DNA of 64,000 nt from Octopus vulgaris (GCA_951406725.2 OX597815.1:188666001-188730000), one strand, 5' to 3'. Counted from the stretch's first letter, positions 40,156 through 53,972 are shown. Translations and numbers: made by a program. Notes: a model not told the origin generated them from the sequence alone.

Positions 40156-40593
40156 CCATTGAAAAGTAATTTATATGTTATATATATATATATCTTTCTC
40201 TTTGTATGAGCAAATGTACTCATGCCAAGCAGCTTGCCTGAGGTTATTTATTCATCCATATTTGTTAATGGGTATTTTTAATGCTCTTCTCTCTGTATTG
40301 CGTGTTCATTTTTCTATTTTCTATCTGTGATTTTAGTTTTGATCTTTAATGTAAATGAAGATATTTCCTCTGCCTGACTGTTTTTCTTTCTGCAAAATGA
40401 GAAGTTACATTGAGGAACTGTTCTTTCAGCGAGTTGCATCTATTTATCACCCAACAAGATACATCTGCACCACTGTATACTCCTGAACTAGTTGTTGAGT
40501 GTCCCACCCATGAGGGATCAATGCTAGAGGTATTGAAACATTTGTCGTGATCAATATATCCACATATATTCCATCTTCCGTCTTTCATTTGCC

Positions 40594-40638
<45 letters not shown>

Positions 40639-41659
40639 CACACACACACACACAAGGTGCACACACACATTACATGCATGCATGCACACACATGCATGCA
40701 CATACACACTCACACACATGCACACACACACACACAAAATTATACTATAGGCTTCTTTCAGTTTCTATGAACCAAATTCAGTTAAAGGTGCTGTGCAGTG
40801 GGACTGAACCCCAAATCAAATGGTTGGGAACTGAAATGCTAAACCACTACCCATTACTTGTAGATAGGGGCCATCAAGAATAGATTTAAATTTACTGATA
40901 TTCAAGTCAAGCTGGGATTTAGCAAACTTGCTAGTATAATGTTTTAAAATTTTTGCAAGGAAGGTAAAATACAAATGTAAGAACCAAATATTTATTTCCA
41001 TATACAAGTTTACAACCGTCCAACCCATGCCAGCATGGAAAGTGGACATTAAACGATGATGATGATGCTGATAATGAAGTTTAAGAGAGGTATAAAAACC
41101 AAGGTTTCAAATCCTTTCGTTTCTATAAGCAGGACAAGAGAATAGTGGAAACAGTCTGCGTACGATTTTGTTACAAACAAGCACTAAGTGAAAAGAGAAA
41201 GGGTGTCTGCACTGTTCCCACCATTAGATTAAGCCTGAAAGTTGAAGACTTCTTCCTTTTTCATGATCTCATAACTTTTTTGACAGAATTTTCAATCTAG
41301 TAAAGGAAAACATCAAAATAATTTAATATTTCAGTAAATCCATACTGATAAAAACACACTCAGCAGTTGATATCTATCTATATTTACTTATTTTTTCCCC
41401 AAACAGTTGTTGTTTGTTTATATTTCATTCTATTTCCATAAAACACCTTTCATGTGTTTACCCTGCAAATTGAGAAAGTGTAAACGAAGTTCCAGCCACC
41501 ACATGCAATTCTCTGGATACAACCAACAAAATAAGATCAGTGTATATGAAGAGCTGGAGAAAGTTTGAAACTATTATCAGCAATGATGCAAATGGAGTGT
41601 AATGAATCTACTAGAGCAAACCCTGGAACCGATGGAGAATGGAAAAGAAAACTCGGACA

Positions 41660-42330
41660 AGAAATATATCCTGGTATGACAAAAAACAACTCTTGAGATG
41701 TGATGCTCATTGATGCTGTACCTAGAGATGAAATAACCCAGAAATCTTGAAAAATACTATATGATACAAAACTTAAAATTAAAATAGTAGAAAAAAAACA
41801 GGTAGAGTCATCAAGTTGTTATGATGTAAGTCATACTCATTTCAGAAAAGATTTACACAGATAACAACTGTAGTGTACACACAATCAAATCATAAGTAAA
41901 CTGCAAAACTAGATATGTTGTGTACAATATGAGGTGCATATGCAGATAGTGTACGAATACCACAACAACCTATCGAGGAAAAACAGCTTGTAGCTTATGC
42001 GAAAGAATTGCTGAACACCATAAAAATACAATAAAAAGAAGCAAACGTTTGTACTGTATAGAAACAAAAATTGTTGAAATAAAAGAATGTTGAAATAAAA
42101 GATATATTCTTCAGACAATCCAGAAGCCTAACATTGAGACAGATTATTGAAGCTATACAAATACTTGTAGAAGATCCTATACACACATTTATTATAAAGA
42201 ATAAATGGTAAAAACAACCATAATCTGAAATAATAATAATACTTGAATAAGGATAGATTAAAACTAAAACCACCAAAAGTTGACAACACATGCATACACA
42301 CACGCCTACAGACACATACACACACACAAT
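41660..42330 (+). pseudogene. Degenerate PLE family 2 coding region (GIY-YIG endonuclease)
   Basis: NCKTRYVVYNMRCICR*C...YRGKTACSLCERIAEH...LRQIIEAIQI; 41666-41786 is shared with 43421-43541. Confidence 0.78.
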
Positions 42331-42382
42331 ATATATATATATATATATATAAATGTGTGTGTGTGTATATATATATATATAT

Positions 42383-42578
42383 AGGGAGAATTCACAAAAA
42401 AACAAAAGACAAAGACAGGAGGTGTAGACAACAAACAGATGTATTAGTACAATGCACGGAAAGTGAAAAAGTCTTTAACGTTTCGAGCCTATGCTCTTCC
42501 TCAGAAAGGAACACAGAAAGAAACAAGAAGAGAAAATAAAGAATGTGTAGTGACTAGTGATCTATTACGGTGAAGGCT
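42383..42578 (-). mobile_element. PLE family 3 terminus
   Basis: Homologous to 18478-18675; 3' end abuts (TA)n. Confidence 0.78.
42473..42508 (-). ncRNA. Intact minimal type I hammerhead motif
   Basis: cttt-CTGAGGA-a-gagc-atag-gctc-GAAA-cg-TT-aaag: all core nucleotides, stems I and II, and palindromic stem III present. Confidence 0.85.
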
Positions 42579-42580
42579 AA

Positions 42581-42611
<31 letters not shown>

Positions 42612-42654
42612 CAAAAAAATATATATGTATATATATATTTTTAACCTGATGAGT

Positions 42655-42742
<88 letters not shown>

Positions 42743-42789
42743 ATATATATACATATATATATATATGTATATATATATATATGTGTGTG

Positions 42790-43052
42790 TGTATGTATGT
42801 ATATAGTGTGTTATAGAGTGTTAAACACTTTCGGTATGCAAATTAGGGAATCCTTCATAGAGTAACTGCTGCATTTGTTGAGTATATAAACAGTTTGGTT
42901 CCTTGTTTCTTTGGAGACTGTCAGAATGATATGGACACTGCTGATGAGAGCCCAATAAGGTTTGAAAATTGGTTAACGTTGTTCATCATTATTTTTCAGT
43001 CTGCAGAGAAATGGCTAACATTTGCCCTGTTTATAATTACACCATCTGTTAC
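42790..43052 (+). mobile_element. Probable further PLE terminus with decayed hammerhead
   Basis: cactg-CTGATGA-gagcc-caataa-ggttt-GAAA (42936-42967); flanked by (TA)n. Confidence 0.45.
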
Positions 43053-43316
43053 ATATATATATATATATATATGCATATATATATCTACATATTTATGGCA
43101 GTCTTGCTCAGTTTTTATTTACCAGTTTCTCTCACACGATATTGGTTGACCCATGGCTATAATTCAGAATGCTAGCCAGCAATATTCACACAGCAGGAAC
43201 AGACCCTCATTTGATTCCAAAGCAAAGCAAACTAAATGTTTTTAGCCATAGTCATCATAAGAAATTTTGTTTTATCTTAATCTCTTCTATATATTACTAA
43301 TTTCAATTTCTAATTA

Positions 43317-43934
43317 TTTCGGCTTGGGATTTGGTTTGCAAGATTCTTTATGTGAATTCGTCTGTTGAAGCATATTCTGTTGTGTCTGGGGTGAGTCATT
43401 CTCTTTTGGTGCCTTATAATATATCCTGGTATGACAAAAAACAACTCTGAAGATGTGATACTCATTGATGCTATACCCAGATTTGAAATAATCCAGAAAT
43501 CTTGAAAAATACTATATGATACAAAACTTAAAATCAAAATATTCATACATACATACATACATACATACATACATACATACATACATACATACATACATAC
43601 ATACATACATACATACATACATACATACATACATACATACATACATACATACATTCATACATACATACATACATACATACATACATACAAACATACATAC
43701 ATACATACATACTTGTATGCATGTATAGGCACACACACTATGTTCCACACACATACACACAACCAAACTAAAAGGAACACGGTGTGAGTAACAGACAGAG
43801 TCAAAACTATTGAAAAGGTTGCAAGACGCAATGAAAATTTTAGAAAATTAAATAAGAAATGAGTGGAAATTTTACCGGTGAGTGTGTTAAATTATAAGTC
43901 ACCAAAAGAGACAGACTTACCCCAGACACAACAG
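43317..43934. mobile_element. Non-autonomous PLE family 2 with inverted terminus, ORF fragment, (ATAC)n and variant hammerhead (43807-43843)
   Basis: TSD aatttctaatta 43305-43316 / 43935-43946. Confidence 0.85.
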
Positions 43935-44254
43935 AATTTCTAATTAGTTTTATAATAATGAACCCAGGCCTCTTAATTTGCCTTTGATATAATCCCCTAC
44001 CAAGTTGTCAAGGTGGTGGAATTGTCAGCAGGCCTGGTAAAATGTTTAGCAGCATTTTGTCTGTCTTTATATTCTGGGTTCAAATTCCATCAACGCTAGC
44101 TTTGCCTTTTATCCTTTTGGGGCTGATAAAATATGTACCAGTTAAGTACTGGAGTCAATGTAATCAACTCACCTCCTCCATCAAAATTACTGGCCTTGTG
44201 CCAAAGTTTGAAATCAATATAAACCCATATACTCAATATTTCAAAAATGGCTTC

Positions 44255-44384
44255 ATCCAGCTGTAGAAACTCTGCCGGATCAAGATTGGAGCCTGGTGCA
44301 GCCATCTGGTTCGCCAGTCCTCAGTCAAATCGTCCAACCCATGCTAGCATGGAAAGCGGACGTTAAACGATGATGATGATGATG
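44255..44384 (+). mobile_element. Young short RTE 3' end
   Basis: Near-identical to 63857-63990. Confidence 0.85.
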
Positions 44385-44685
44385 TCTTCACACATACACC
44401 ACAAAAAAAAAAAAGGAAAACGAAATTAGTAATGACATTGACAAGTGAGTATTTATTGATGTCATTTCAATAGCTTTGCAAACTATATTTCAATTTTAAG
44501 GTGGTGTCCATAAACTCAGTGTTTATACACCTGTGTCATGTTTATTTTATCACTGCCGATAATTGCAAAATAAATTAAAGAAAAAAAAATCAAATCATCA
44601 TCATCATCACCACCACCGCCGCCACCGCCGCCGCAGCCACCACCGCCATCATCGTCATCATCATCATCATCATTTAACATCATTG

Positions 44686-45050
44686 GCACAGGAGTGGCTG
44701 TGTGGTAAGTAGCTTGCTTATCAACCACATGGTTCCGGGTTCAGTCCCACTGCGTGGCACCTTGGGCAAGTGTCTTCTACTATAGCCTTGTGCCGACCAA
44801 AGCCTTGTGAGTGGATTTGGTAGAAGGAAACTGATAGAAGCCCGTCGTATATATGTTTATATATATATATTTATATGTGTGTGTATATGTTTGTGCGTCT
44901 GTGTTCTTCCCCCCAACATCGCTTGACAACCGATAGAATAAACACTAGGCTCACAAAGAATAAGTCCTGTGGTTGATTTGATTCAACTAAAGGTGGTGCT
45001 CCAGCATGGCCACAGTCAAATGACTGAAACAAGTAAAAGAGTAAAAGAGT
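44686..45050 (+). mobile_element. Family A SINE with an internal deletion
   Basis: Aligns with 20198-20628. Confidence 0.9.
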
Positions 45051-45392
45051 GTATATATATATATATATATATTTGTTGGCATCCTTTTGTCTCAGGAGAC
45101 AATGGATATGTGTATCAGATATATGTGGACCTATGGATAGTTGTTTGTATTTTTGCGTGTGTTTTTATCTGCAAATAAACTTAGGCTGTGTATCTCTAAT
45201 TAATTTAACATTAGTGCTGTAGAAATTTGTTATCTGAGCCAGAAAAACGATCATTCTCAGTCATTTAACCCTTCTCTAACAATTTCAATTAAATCGGTAA
45301 AATACTGCAAAATATGAGCAGAGTTAAGAAGTTGTCCAAAACTAAACATACATAAACACAGATGATAATTTTTTAATACAATTTCTACATCT

Positions 45393-45831
45393 TTTACCCT
45401 TTTGTTACCAACCTGGCTGAAACTGGCTCTGGCTCTTTAGTACAAATGTCCTATTTTCAAAAGTTCTGAATTAAAATCTTCCACCAAACCTTAGTTACAA
45501 TTTATGTTCCTAACACTAGCTTAATGATAACTAAGTTATTTTACTAAATTCTTTGTTACATTTAAAATTAATTGAAAGAAACACAGAGCATCTCAAAGGA
45601 AATATGGTAGCAAAAGGGTTAACAAATCATTAATTTAACCCTTTTGATGCCAAACCAGCTGAAAACCACCTCTGGCTCTATGGTACAAATGTCTTGTTTT
45701 CATAAGTCAGAATTTATGTTCCTAACACTAGCTTAATGATAACTAAGTTATTTTACTAAATTCTTTGTTATATTTAAAGTAATTCAAAGAAACAGAGCAT
45801 CTCAAAATAAATACGGTAATGAAAGGATTAA
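45393..45831 (+). mobile_element. Dimeric piggyBac-like MITE
   Basis: Spacer ttaa-caaatcattaat-ttaa; second monomer has an internal deletion. Confidence 0.85.
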
Positions 45832-46622
45832 TGAATTAAAAATTAAGGCTGGGAGCTGGCAGAATCATTAGCATGACAGGCAAGATGCTTAGTGGCATTT
45901 TGTCTATCTTTATGTTCTGTGTTCAAATTCCACCGAGGTTAGTGTTGCTGTTCATTGTTTTGGAGTCAATAGAATAATTATCAGTTGAGCACTGGGGGTG
46001 ATATAATGAACTTGCCCCCTCTCCCAAAATTGCTGGCCTTGTTTCAAAATTTGAAACCATTAATGAGTTGAGATGTTTGATTACTTTCATTATCTCAATC
46101 TTGAGAATTTTATTTTTAGCGAAACCAAAAAAATTATAATTCTAGAATTTCAACAATTTTTGAGTTAAGAAAAATATATTAAAAAAGAAGAAAACATGAG
46201 AATACACCTTATAGAAGAATTCGCTCTCTTTCATTAGAATGTAACTAAATACACGTTGCTATTATGTCATACATTGACTTACGAGGGTATGCATCTGAAA
46301 TGTTGTATTACCATGAAGCTTCAATTTCTAAGCAAGAGAAAATAGATGTCATGCTTATGTTCTTCTTATAGACATGAGAAACTTAAGCTTAATTGAGGGG
46401 GAAATGGATACAATTTAGAAACTGAACATGTTCATAAACCCAGTGCAGCAAGAATTTACATATGTTCCATGGGGAATCACTCATAAGACTACAGCTAATA
46501 TTCATCAATTTCCTTTTAGAATATAGAAGGATTCTGGTCCAGTATGGCAAGTTATTTAAGTCCCAAATTGTTGTATGAGGTATTGTTTTACATGGAGTAT
46601 AGTTGAATACCTGTTTGTTTGT

Positions 46623-47003
46623 GGAGGTGCAATGGCCCAGTGGTTAGAGCAGTGGATTTTCAGTTGTAAGATCGAGGTTTCAATTCCCAGGCTGGGCATT
46701 GTGAGTGTTTGTTGAGCAAAAACACTTAAAGCTCTGCGAGGCTCTGGCAGAGGGTGGTGGTGAACCCTGCTGTACTCTTTCGCCACAACTTTCTCTCACT
46801 TTTTCTTCCTGTTTCTGTTGTACCTGTATTTCAAAGGGTCAGCCTTGTCACAATCTGTGTCACGCTGAATCTCCCTAAGAACTATGTTAAGGGTACATGT
46901 GTCTGTGGAGTGCTCAGACACTTGCACGTTAATTTTATGAGCAGGCTGTTCCGTTGATTGGATCAACTGGAACCTTTGTTGTTGCAACTCACAGAGTGCC
47001 ACG
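46623..47003 (+). mobile_element. tRNA-derived SINE sharing the family C head but with a different body
   Basis: tggcccagtggttagagc A box; perfect 16-bp TSD atacctgtttgtttgt (46607-46622 / 47004-47019). Confidence 0.9.
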
Positions 47004-47292
47004 ATACCTGTTTGTTTGTATCTATAAATGTTGCTGAATTGAAACAGTAAGATTTTCCATAAGACACAGTGGACATTATTTGCTCATCCAATTGTGAACC
47101 TGTTGGCAGAATTAACATATATTTCCGCTGAAATATATTTCCAACATACAAGCATTACAGGTATGAGTGTGTGTAATATCGAAAGTTGAAAGTCTACTCC
47201 AAGGTTTGTTCTGGGTTGGCTGTAGATTAAGGGGTTTGCCAATCTTGGATGGAAGTAAATGGACGAAGTAATAAATGCCCTTGAAGATTGAT

Positions 47293-47763
47293 TTAACCCT
47301 GTATTTACTGTATTTATTTTGAGATGTTTTGTGTTTCTTTCAGTTACTTTAAATATAACAAAGAATTTAGTAAAATAACTTAGTTATCATTAAGCTAGTG
47401 TTAGGAACATAAATTGTAACTAAGGTTTGGAGGAAGATTTTAATTCAGAACTTATGAAAACAGGATATATGTACTTCAGAACCAGAACTGGTTTCAGCTG
47501 GGTTGGTATCAAAAGGGTTAAATTAATCATTTATTAACCCTTTTGTTACCATCTTTCTGTTGAGAGGTTCTGTGTTTCTTTCAATTAATTTTAAATATAA
47601 CAAAGAACTTAGTAAAATAACCTAGTTATCATTAAGCTAGTGTTAAGAACATAAATTGTGACTAAGGTTTGGTGGAAGAGTTTAATTCAGAACTTATGAA
47701 AACAAGATATTTGTACTACACAGCCAGAACTGGTCTCAGCCAGGTTGGTAACGAAAGGGTTAA
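47293..47763 (-). mobile_element. Dimeric piggyBac-like MITE
   Basis: Reverse complement of the 33608-34078 architecture, including the spacer. Confidence 0.85.
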
Positions 47764-48699
47764 TGAAGATTGTTAAACCCTCGCATATCTGATAATGATT
47801 CCCAACTTCTTTTTTATTACCAAAATTCTGTTAGTCTATAAAACAATAATAAACTGAGCTAAGTAGCCTTAAGTTACTATAATACTCTTATTTTGTTTTT
47901 AACCATGCATGTCTATATTTAATACATGGTTTCTGGTTGAATAAGATGCAACATGTTGTTGTAAAGATACAGGAGTGTTTTGCAAACAACAAGGGGAAAG
48001 ATAAAAACGAACATGGAGAAACAAATTACATATTGGCTTTATTATTTTGCTTTATTGCTGTTTCAAATATTGCTTCTGATTTAAAATAAGAAAAACTACA
48101 AAAAAAAAAAGAAAAAAGGAAGAAAAAAAGAAGTTTAATACTATGGAATGGAATACTAGACTTTTCCATTGATCTGCAAGAAGAGTGCATGAAGTGCAAT
48201 GCACCTGAAATAAATACCAATAATGTTTACGTGCATTCAATAAAAATAGAAAACATCAAAGACTGTTTTCCTTTATTCATTTAAAGAAAGATATTTTAAT
48301 TAATGATTTATTATAAAATGGTTTTCAAATTGTGTTGACTTGTTCTCTCCTTTGGAGTTTCAATAGTGTTGTTGTTACAGTCAATGTTTCACATTTAGTC
48401 AGTTTTCTTTCCAATAAGAATCTTAAAAATACCACAATTGGGAATCTGACAATGATATTTATTATTGCTAACTTAAAGAAACGTTTGAACCATTTTGTTA
48501 TTTTGATTTCTGATTCAGTTTTTACTTCTATTTTCCACCAGCATTTTTCAGATTTTTAGCTTTAATTTTATTCCTTAAGTTAAAATTTGAATTTGTATTT
48601 TTCATCTTCCATTTAAATACACAAATATGTACAGAACCAAACGTGCATATTATATATGTATACATATAAACAGAAGCACATTTTTCCAAATATTTATAG

Positions 48700-48772
48700 A
48701 TATATATGTATGTATTTATGTATGTATGTATGTATATATGTATGTATGTACATATGTATGCATATGTGTATA

Positions 48773-48804
<32 letters not shown>

Positions 48805-48843
48805 GCATGTCAATATTTATATATATACATATACATATATATG

Positions 48844-48875
<32 letters not shown>

Positions 48876-48901
48876 CATGTATGTATGTATATATGTATGT
48901 G

Positions 48902-48997
<96 letters not shown>

Positions 48998-49020
48998 TAT
49001 ATATATATATATATGTATGC
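48700..49020. repeat. TATG/TA/(TG)n microsatellites
   Basis: Direct inspection. Confidence 0.92.
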
Positions 49021-49162
49021 AGCACGGAATTTTGTAAGTGAACAGGTTGTGGTCTCAAAGCGACGAAAATATTTTGACAAATTAAATTTAAATGTTGAAG
49101 TGAATCTAATGATTATATTTTGTTTCTTAAATGGCTTATAAACACCTTCCATGCTGCAACTG

Positions 49163-49194
<32 letters not shown>

Positions 49195-49369
49195 ATAGGT
49201 TTCTTTCAGTTTCCATATACCATATTCATTTACAGGGCTCTGATTGGCCTGATGTTATAGTAGAAGACAATTGTTCAAAGTGCCATGCAATGAGATTGAA
49301 CCTGGAACCATGTAATTGGTGCATACACACACACACACATACGTGTATGTGTGTGCGTGTATGTGTTTG

Positions 49370-49403
<34 letters not shown>

Positions 49404-49425
49404 CATTTATATATATATATATTTA

Positions 49426-49821
49426 CTAGCAGTATAGCCCGGCGTTGCTCGGGTTTGTTTCGACCCTTTAGAATTAGAATTTTTGAAAAGTAAAAATTTT
49501 GCATTATTTAGCTTGTTATTCACTTTAAGTGAACATTTTTTCTGGTTGAAATACATTGAAAAATGGCGACACAGCAGTAAAAAAATTGTAAAAAATAGGG
49601 ATTTTCATAGAAAAAAAAGCACCTTTTTGATGTAATTAATTTTTGTGGTTGACATGGTCGGATTTGAATTTTTTCTTCTACGGAAGAAAGAGAAAGCCTT
49701 CTTCTAGCATACTCTCAATTTTGGTCAACTTGCACCGCAGGGTCTCGGAGGAGTTGGTGTTAGTTGAAAGCTACCAAACCTGCCATACACAGACAACTTC
49801 AGCTTTATATATATGGAGAGA
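49426..49821 (-). mobile_element. Non-autonomous Helitron
   Basis: Minus strand 5' TC...cccgagcaacgccggg hairpin...CTAG 3', in an A|T site. Confidence 0.8.
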
Positions 49822-49839
49822 TATATTTATATATAAATA

Positions 49840-49883
<44 letters not shown>

Positions 49884-50864
49884 CATACATACACAATTAT
49901 ACATATATATATATATGTGAGTGTATGCATGTGTATATGTATGGGAACACACCTTAAAGAAAATAATTCTTTTAGTTAAAATCAAATCCTTAATCATTCT
50001 AATTTAAAAGATAAAAATACAATTTATGCTTATGTTTATTCATAATCCAAATTGAATAAATAAATTGCCTTTGGGATGATTATCTAATTCTTCTTTTTTA
50101 ATCTCGTTAATCATTCTGTCAGCATGCTTTTCAATAATACCAACTCAAATTCCTATTATTCTTTTAGAATAGCTACAAATAAAGATACTTTGCTTCTTAA
50201 AATATTCTTGAATTTAGCTTTTAATTAATAATCCGTCTTATATTTTCAGTAGGGTTCAAGGTTGAGGATTGTTCAGCCCCTACAATGAATAAATAAATAA
50301 ATAATGAAGAAATAAATGAAAGCAAAAATAATGCAATTTCATAATTTTGAACCAAAACATTTGGCTACTTTGGCAGAAAGTGTAGAAGCATTGTTATGTT
50401 GGTATACTGCCAGCCAGAGATGAGTCACTGGTTCTATAAAGGGAAATGCGAGATGCTATTGCAAAATTTCTATCCTGTAATATCGTGCAAAACTACATTA
50501 CTCAGAATGTCAATAGTGTAATTGCTGATACTACTCCCCTTTACTATGCCACCACCTTCAAAGCTACATATCAATTGAAACTACCTACGAATTTCTTCTT
50601 TGATCTTCTCTGGAATTTATGCTGAAAATTGATTTAATCTCCCAGGCTTCAATCACGCCATAAGACTATGGATAAGAATCCCAAATTGAGCCTACAGAGT
50701 ATTGCCTGTGCTGTGAGGGTGGATGAAGATATAGACCCCAATGGCCAAAATATCTGTGTGAAGAAAAGCCACCCACCACATATTAGTACTAAAAGATATA
50801 ATGATGGAACACTACCACTGCTAAACCCCTCTATAGTTAACAGGATGTGTGATGTATGAATAAT

Positions 50865-51343
50865 ATGAATGATATGCATAAGATCTAGTCATCAAATCTA
50901 AGTAGAGATTTCAAACTTAAACTCTTCAAAGCCACAGTCGAACCAATTCTACTATATGGTTCAGAAACCTTGACGTTATCAAAGAAGCTTGAGAGGTGGT
51001 TGGATGGAACTTACACTCACCTCCTCATGAGAGCTCAAAATCTCTCATGGAAGCATCATCCAACCAAAGTACAAATATATGGGAAATTACCACCTGTATC
51101 ATCTCTTGTGAAAGATAGAAGATTCCAGTTTGCTGGACATTGTTGTAGAGCTGAAAATGAGGTAATTTCTCCTCTTCTCCTCTGGAAGCCATCTACTCGT
51201 GATACCAGAGGGTGCACATTCTCCTACCCTGATGTACTCTCCAGAGATACAGGCATCCAGCAGCAGGACCTCCGTAATGCTATGAAGTCTGGCGTAACAT
51301 AGTAAATTCCATAGTCTTGACCACGGTCGAACAATGATGATGA
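50865..51343 (+). mobile_element. 5'-truncated RTE/RTEX-like LINE, C-terminal ORF
   Basis: KLKLFKATVEPILLYGSET...LDGTYTHLLMRAQNLSW...RRFQFAGHCCR; (ATG)n tail. Confidence 0.88.
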
Positions 51344-51834
51344 TATATCCATCCCTGTGCAAAATGAAAGTTAACAGATCTGTGTGGAGGTGAATTTTCC
51401 ATTACCATAACAAAAAACATTGTTGGAAGAAATTGTAGTTCTTTTGTTTCTAAAGTTTCAAAGAAATGTTTTTTGCAAGCAATGTTTTTTTTTATTTTTA
51501 TTTCTTTTGTTTTTTTTTAACTAGGAATTTTTAGCAGGATTATGAAATTTTTCAGAGACATTCTAAAGTTGAACATTACTTCCATTATTTGTGATGAAGT
51601 GATTTACTGCTTTCTGTAAGCAAACGGTAGTTGTTATCCTTTGCTATCATGAAGCTTTCTCAGAGCTGGATTTTCTATGGGGAGCATTGCCCTTGCTTAC
51701 TCCCAACCTCAGTTTATAGACATGAATGGTCCTGAGACCAAGGCCTCTACTAGGATCTTGAAGAAATGTGGTGGAAAACTAGCTCAGGAAGGCTTGGACA
51801 CTACTCTCTGAGACCCCTTTTGGAGTCTCCCTAC

Positions 51835-52062
51835 CTAGAAGGTAAATGGACCAAGAAAGCGAGATAGACCAAGGAAAACGTGGAGGGAACAGGTGGAGAA
51901 GGAGGAGATTGGGAGAGTTGGCTTGAGAAGGGGTGATGCCCAAAACAGGGAAAGATGGGGAGATGGTGCGAGGGTGGTTGCTATGGCATTGAGGTAGATC
52001 TGACCATCCCTGTTAATGGGGGCAAAACCCGGATTTAAAACACTGAATGATGATGATGATGA
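51835..52062 (+). mobile_element. 3' end of another RTE family
   Basis: KVNGPRKRDRPRKTWREQV...AQNRERW; (GAT)n tail. Confidence 0.8.
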
Positions 52063-52230
52063 CACAGCAGCAAGGGGCAGGAGGGGGGTGCTTTATGTGT
52101 GATGAATGGATAATAGATGAGTGAGGAATGCCTGAGTAAAAATGGCAAATGATCAGCAAGTTTAAAGGAGCAGAGTCTGATACAGTAGCTGCAGAAGAGG
52201 TAGAATAAAAAGACAGCACAACTTTAGGCT

Positions 52231-52529
52231 GTGGCAGCACATGGTCTAGGGGCTAGAGCAGTGGACTTGCAGTTGATAGATCACAGGTTCAAATCTCAGA
52301 CCGGGTGGTGTGTGTATTTATGAGCAAAATCTAAGCTCCACAAGGCTCTGCAGAAGGTAATGATGAACTTCTGCTGACCCTTTCACACTAATTTCTCTCA
52401 CTGTTTCCTCCTGCAGCTTATCTGAGATGAACCAGTAAACCGTCCAGGTGGGGAACCTATATGCCAATGAAGCCGGAAAACCGGCCCTTATGAGTCAGGT
52501 ATGGCTCAAGAAAGAACAAACAACAACCA
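52231..52529 (+). mobile_element. SINE family C, older copy
   Basis: Aligns with the reverse complement of 31057-31355. Confidence 0.8.
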
Positions 52530-52559
52530 CACATCTTTAGGTTAGAGAGACTGGAGTAT

Positions 52560-52960
52560 GTTGGTGATGATCAGCTTCTTGTCAAACAGTCAAGGGTGTT
52601 GTTTATTTATGCAGTTTACGATGTCTGTATATATGAATAGCATCAGTACCATCCCAAAGAAGACCTTTAAACGGTATGGCTTAACTAGTTCCACCTTGTT
52701 TACTTGATCTCTGTATTTATCTTCTCCTGGATTTTCTCCTCTAACCATTCTTTATTCCAGGAAGAACTCTTGCATTACAGTTGTTTGTTAATGACAATAT
52801 GGAGTTTATTAATGCAATTAACGTTTGCCATGTTTCTGATCCATAGAGAAATACCGATTTTAGTGTGGTATTGATAATTCATTACTTGGTGCTTGGGGCA
52901 ATTTGTTTTGAATTCCATCATCTTGACATCAGAATCAGAAAGGTGAGGCTTGCATTTCCT
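52560..52960 (-). pseudogene. Ancient RTE RT C-terminal remnant
   Basis: ...SWNKEWLEEKIQEKINTEIK*TRWN*LSH resembles the RTE IK.RRW.W.GH motif. Confidence 0.45.
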
Positions 52961-53152
52961 GTTGCTGACTGATTGCACACATGCATGCACACACACACAC
53001 ACACATTTATATAAATATATATCATCATCATCATCATTATTTAATGTCTACCTTCCATGCTGGCATGGGTACATAAATAAATATATATGTATAAATATAT
53101 ATAAAATTATGTGAATATATATACACACACATGCATACGTATATACATATAT

Positions 53153-53192
<40 letters not shown>

Positions 53193-53333
53193 ATGTGTGT
53201 AGGTTTATCTTTATGCACACATGACTGCATGCATGTAACATGTAGATATGTAGATGTGTACATATACACATATGCACACACATACTTACACATAAACATA
53301 CAAACATACATACATGCATACATACATACATAC

Positions 53334-53936
53334 ATGTCATCAGGATATTATCTATAGATAAGACATGATTTTGTAGCTAGGACACTCTATAATATAATCC
53401 GTCAGAAGGATAATCCCAAGGACAAAGAAATAAGAACCCACAAAATGGCAGAAGCCATAGCCACTCATAATGTACCTCAATAAAATGTAAGCACAACAGA
53501 CCTGATATAAGGATTTGGGATAGAGAATAGAAACTGTGCACAGTTGTGGAAATTAGCTGATCAGCAGATGTTAACATAAAGCTGAAGGTCAGGGAAAAAG
53601 AGAATACCTATGCTGAACTATTGAGAAATCTGCAGTTACTCTATCCAGATTACAAGTTCAGGTTTATACCTGTAATTATTTTAACACACTGCCTAAATAC
53701 CAATCTTGAGAAGTCAGGCTTCTCAAAACCAGGAAGAGAAAGCTAATTCGAAGACTACTGATCCAATCCATCTCTGGAACTGTAAAATTCTGTAAAATTT
53801 TCCAGAAGTTTATCATTTTAATATATATATGAGCATGTCTAGATATGCAACTATATGCATGAGAATACATAGATAAAACATACAAATCTGCACATATACA
53901 TACATACATACATACATGCATGCATACATACATACA

Positions 53937-53972
<36 letters not shown>

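Noticed and set aside
47008-47127. 120-nt minus-strand exon candidate
   Set aside because: The surrounding 46200-47280 region looks like an ancient L2/CR1 remnant, and the donor overlaps a SINE TSD.
34891-48445. Other minus-strand exon candidates (34891-34970, 48160-48205, 48340-48445)
   Set aside because: Only one convincing splice site each and no recognisable peptide.
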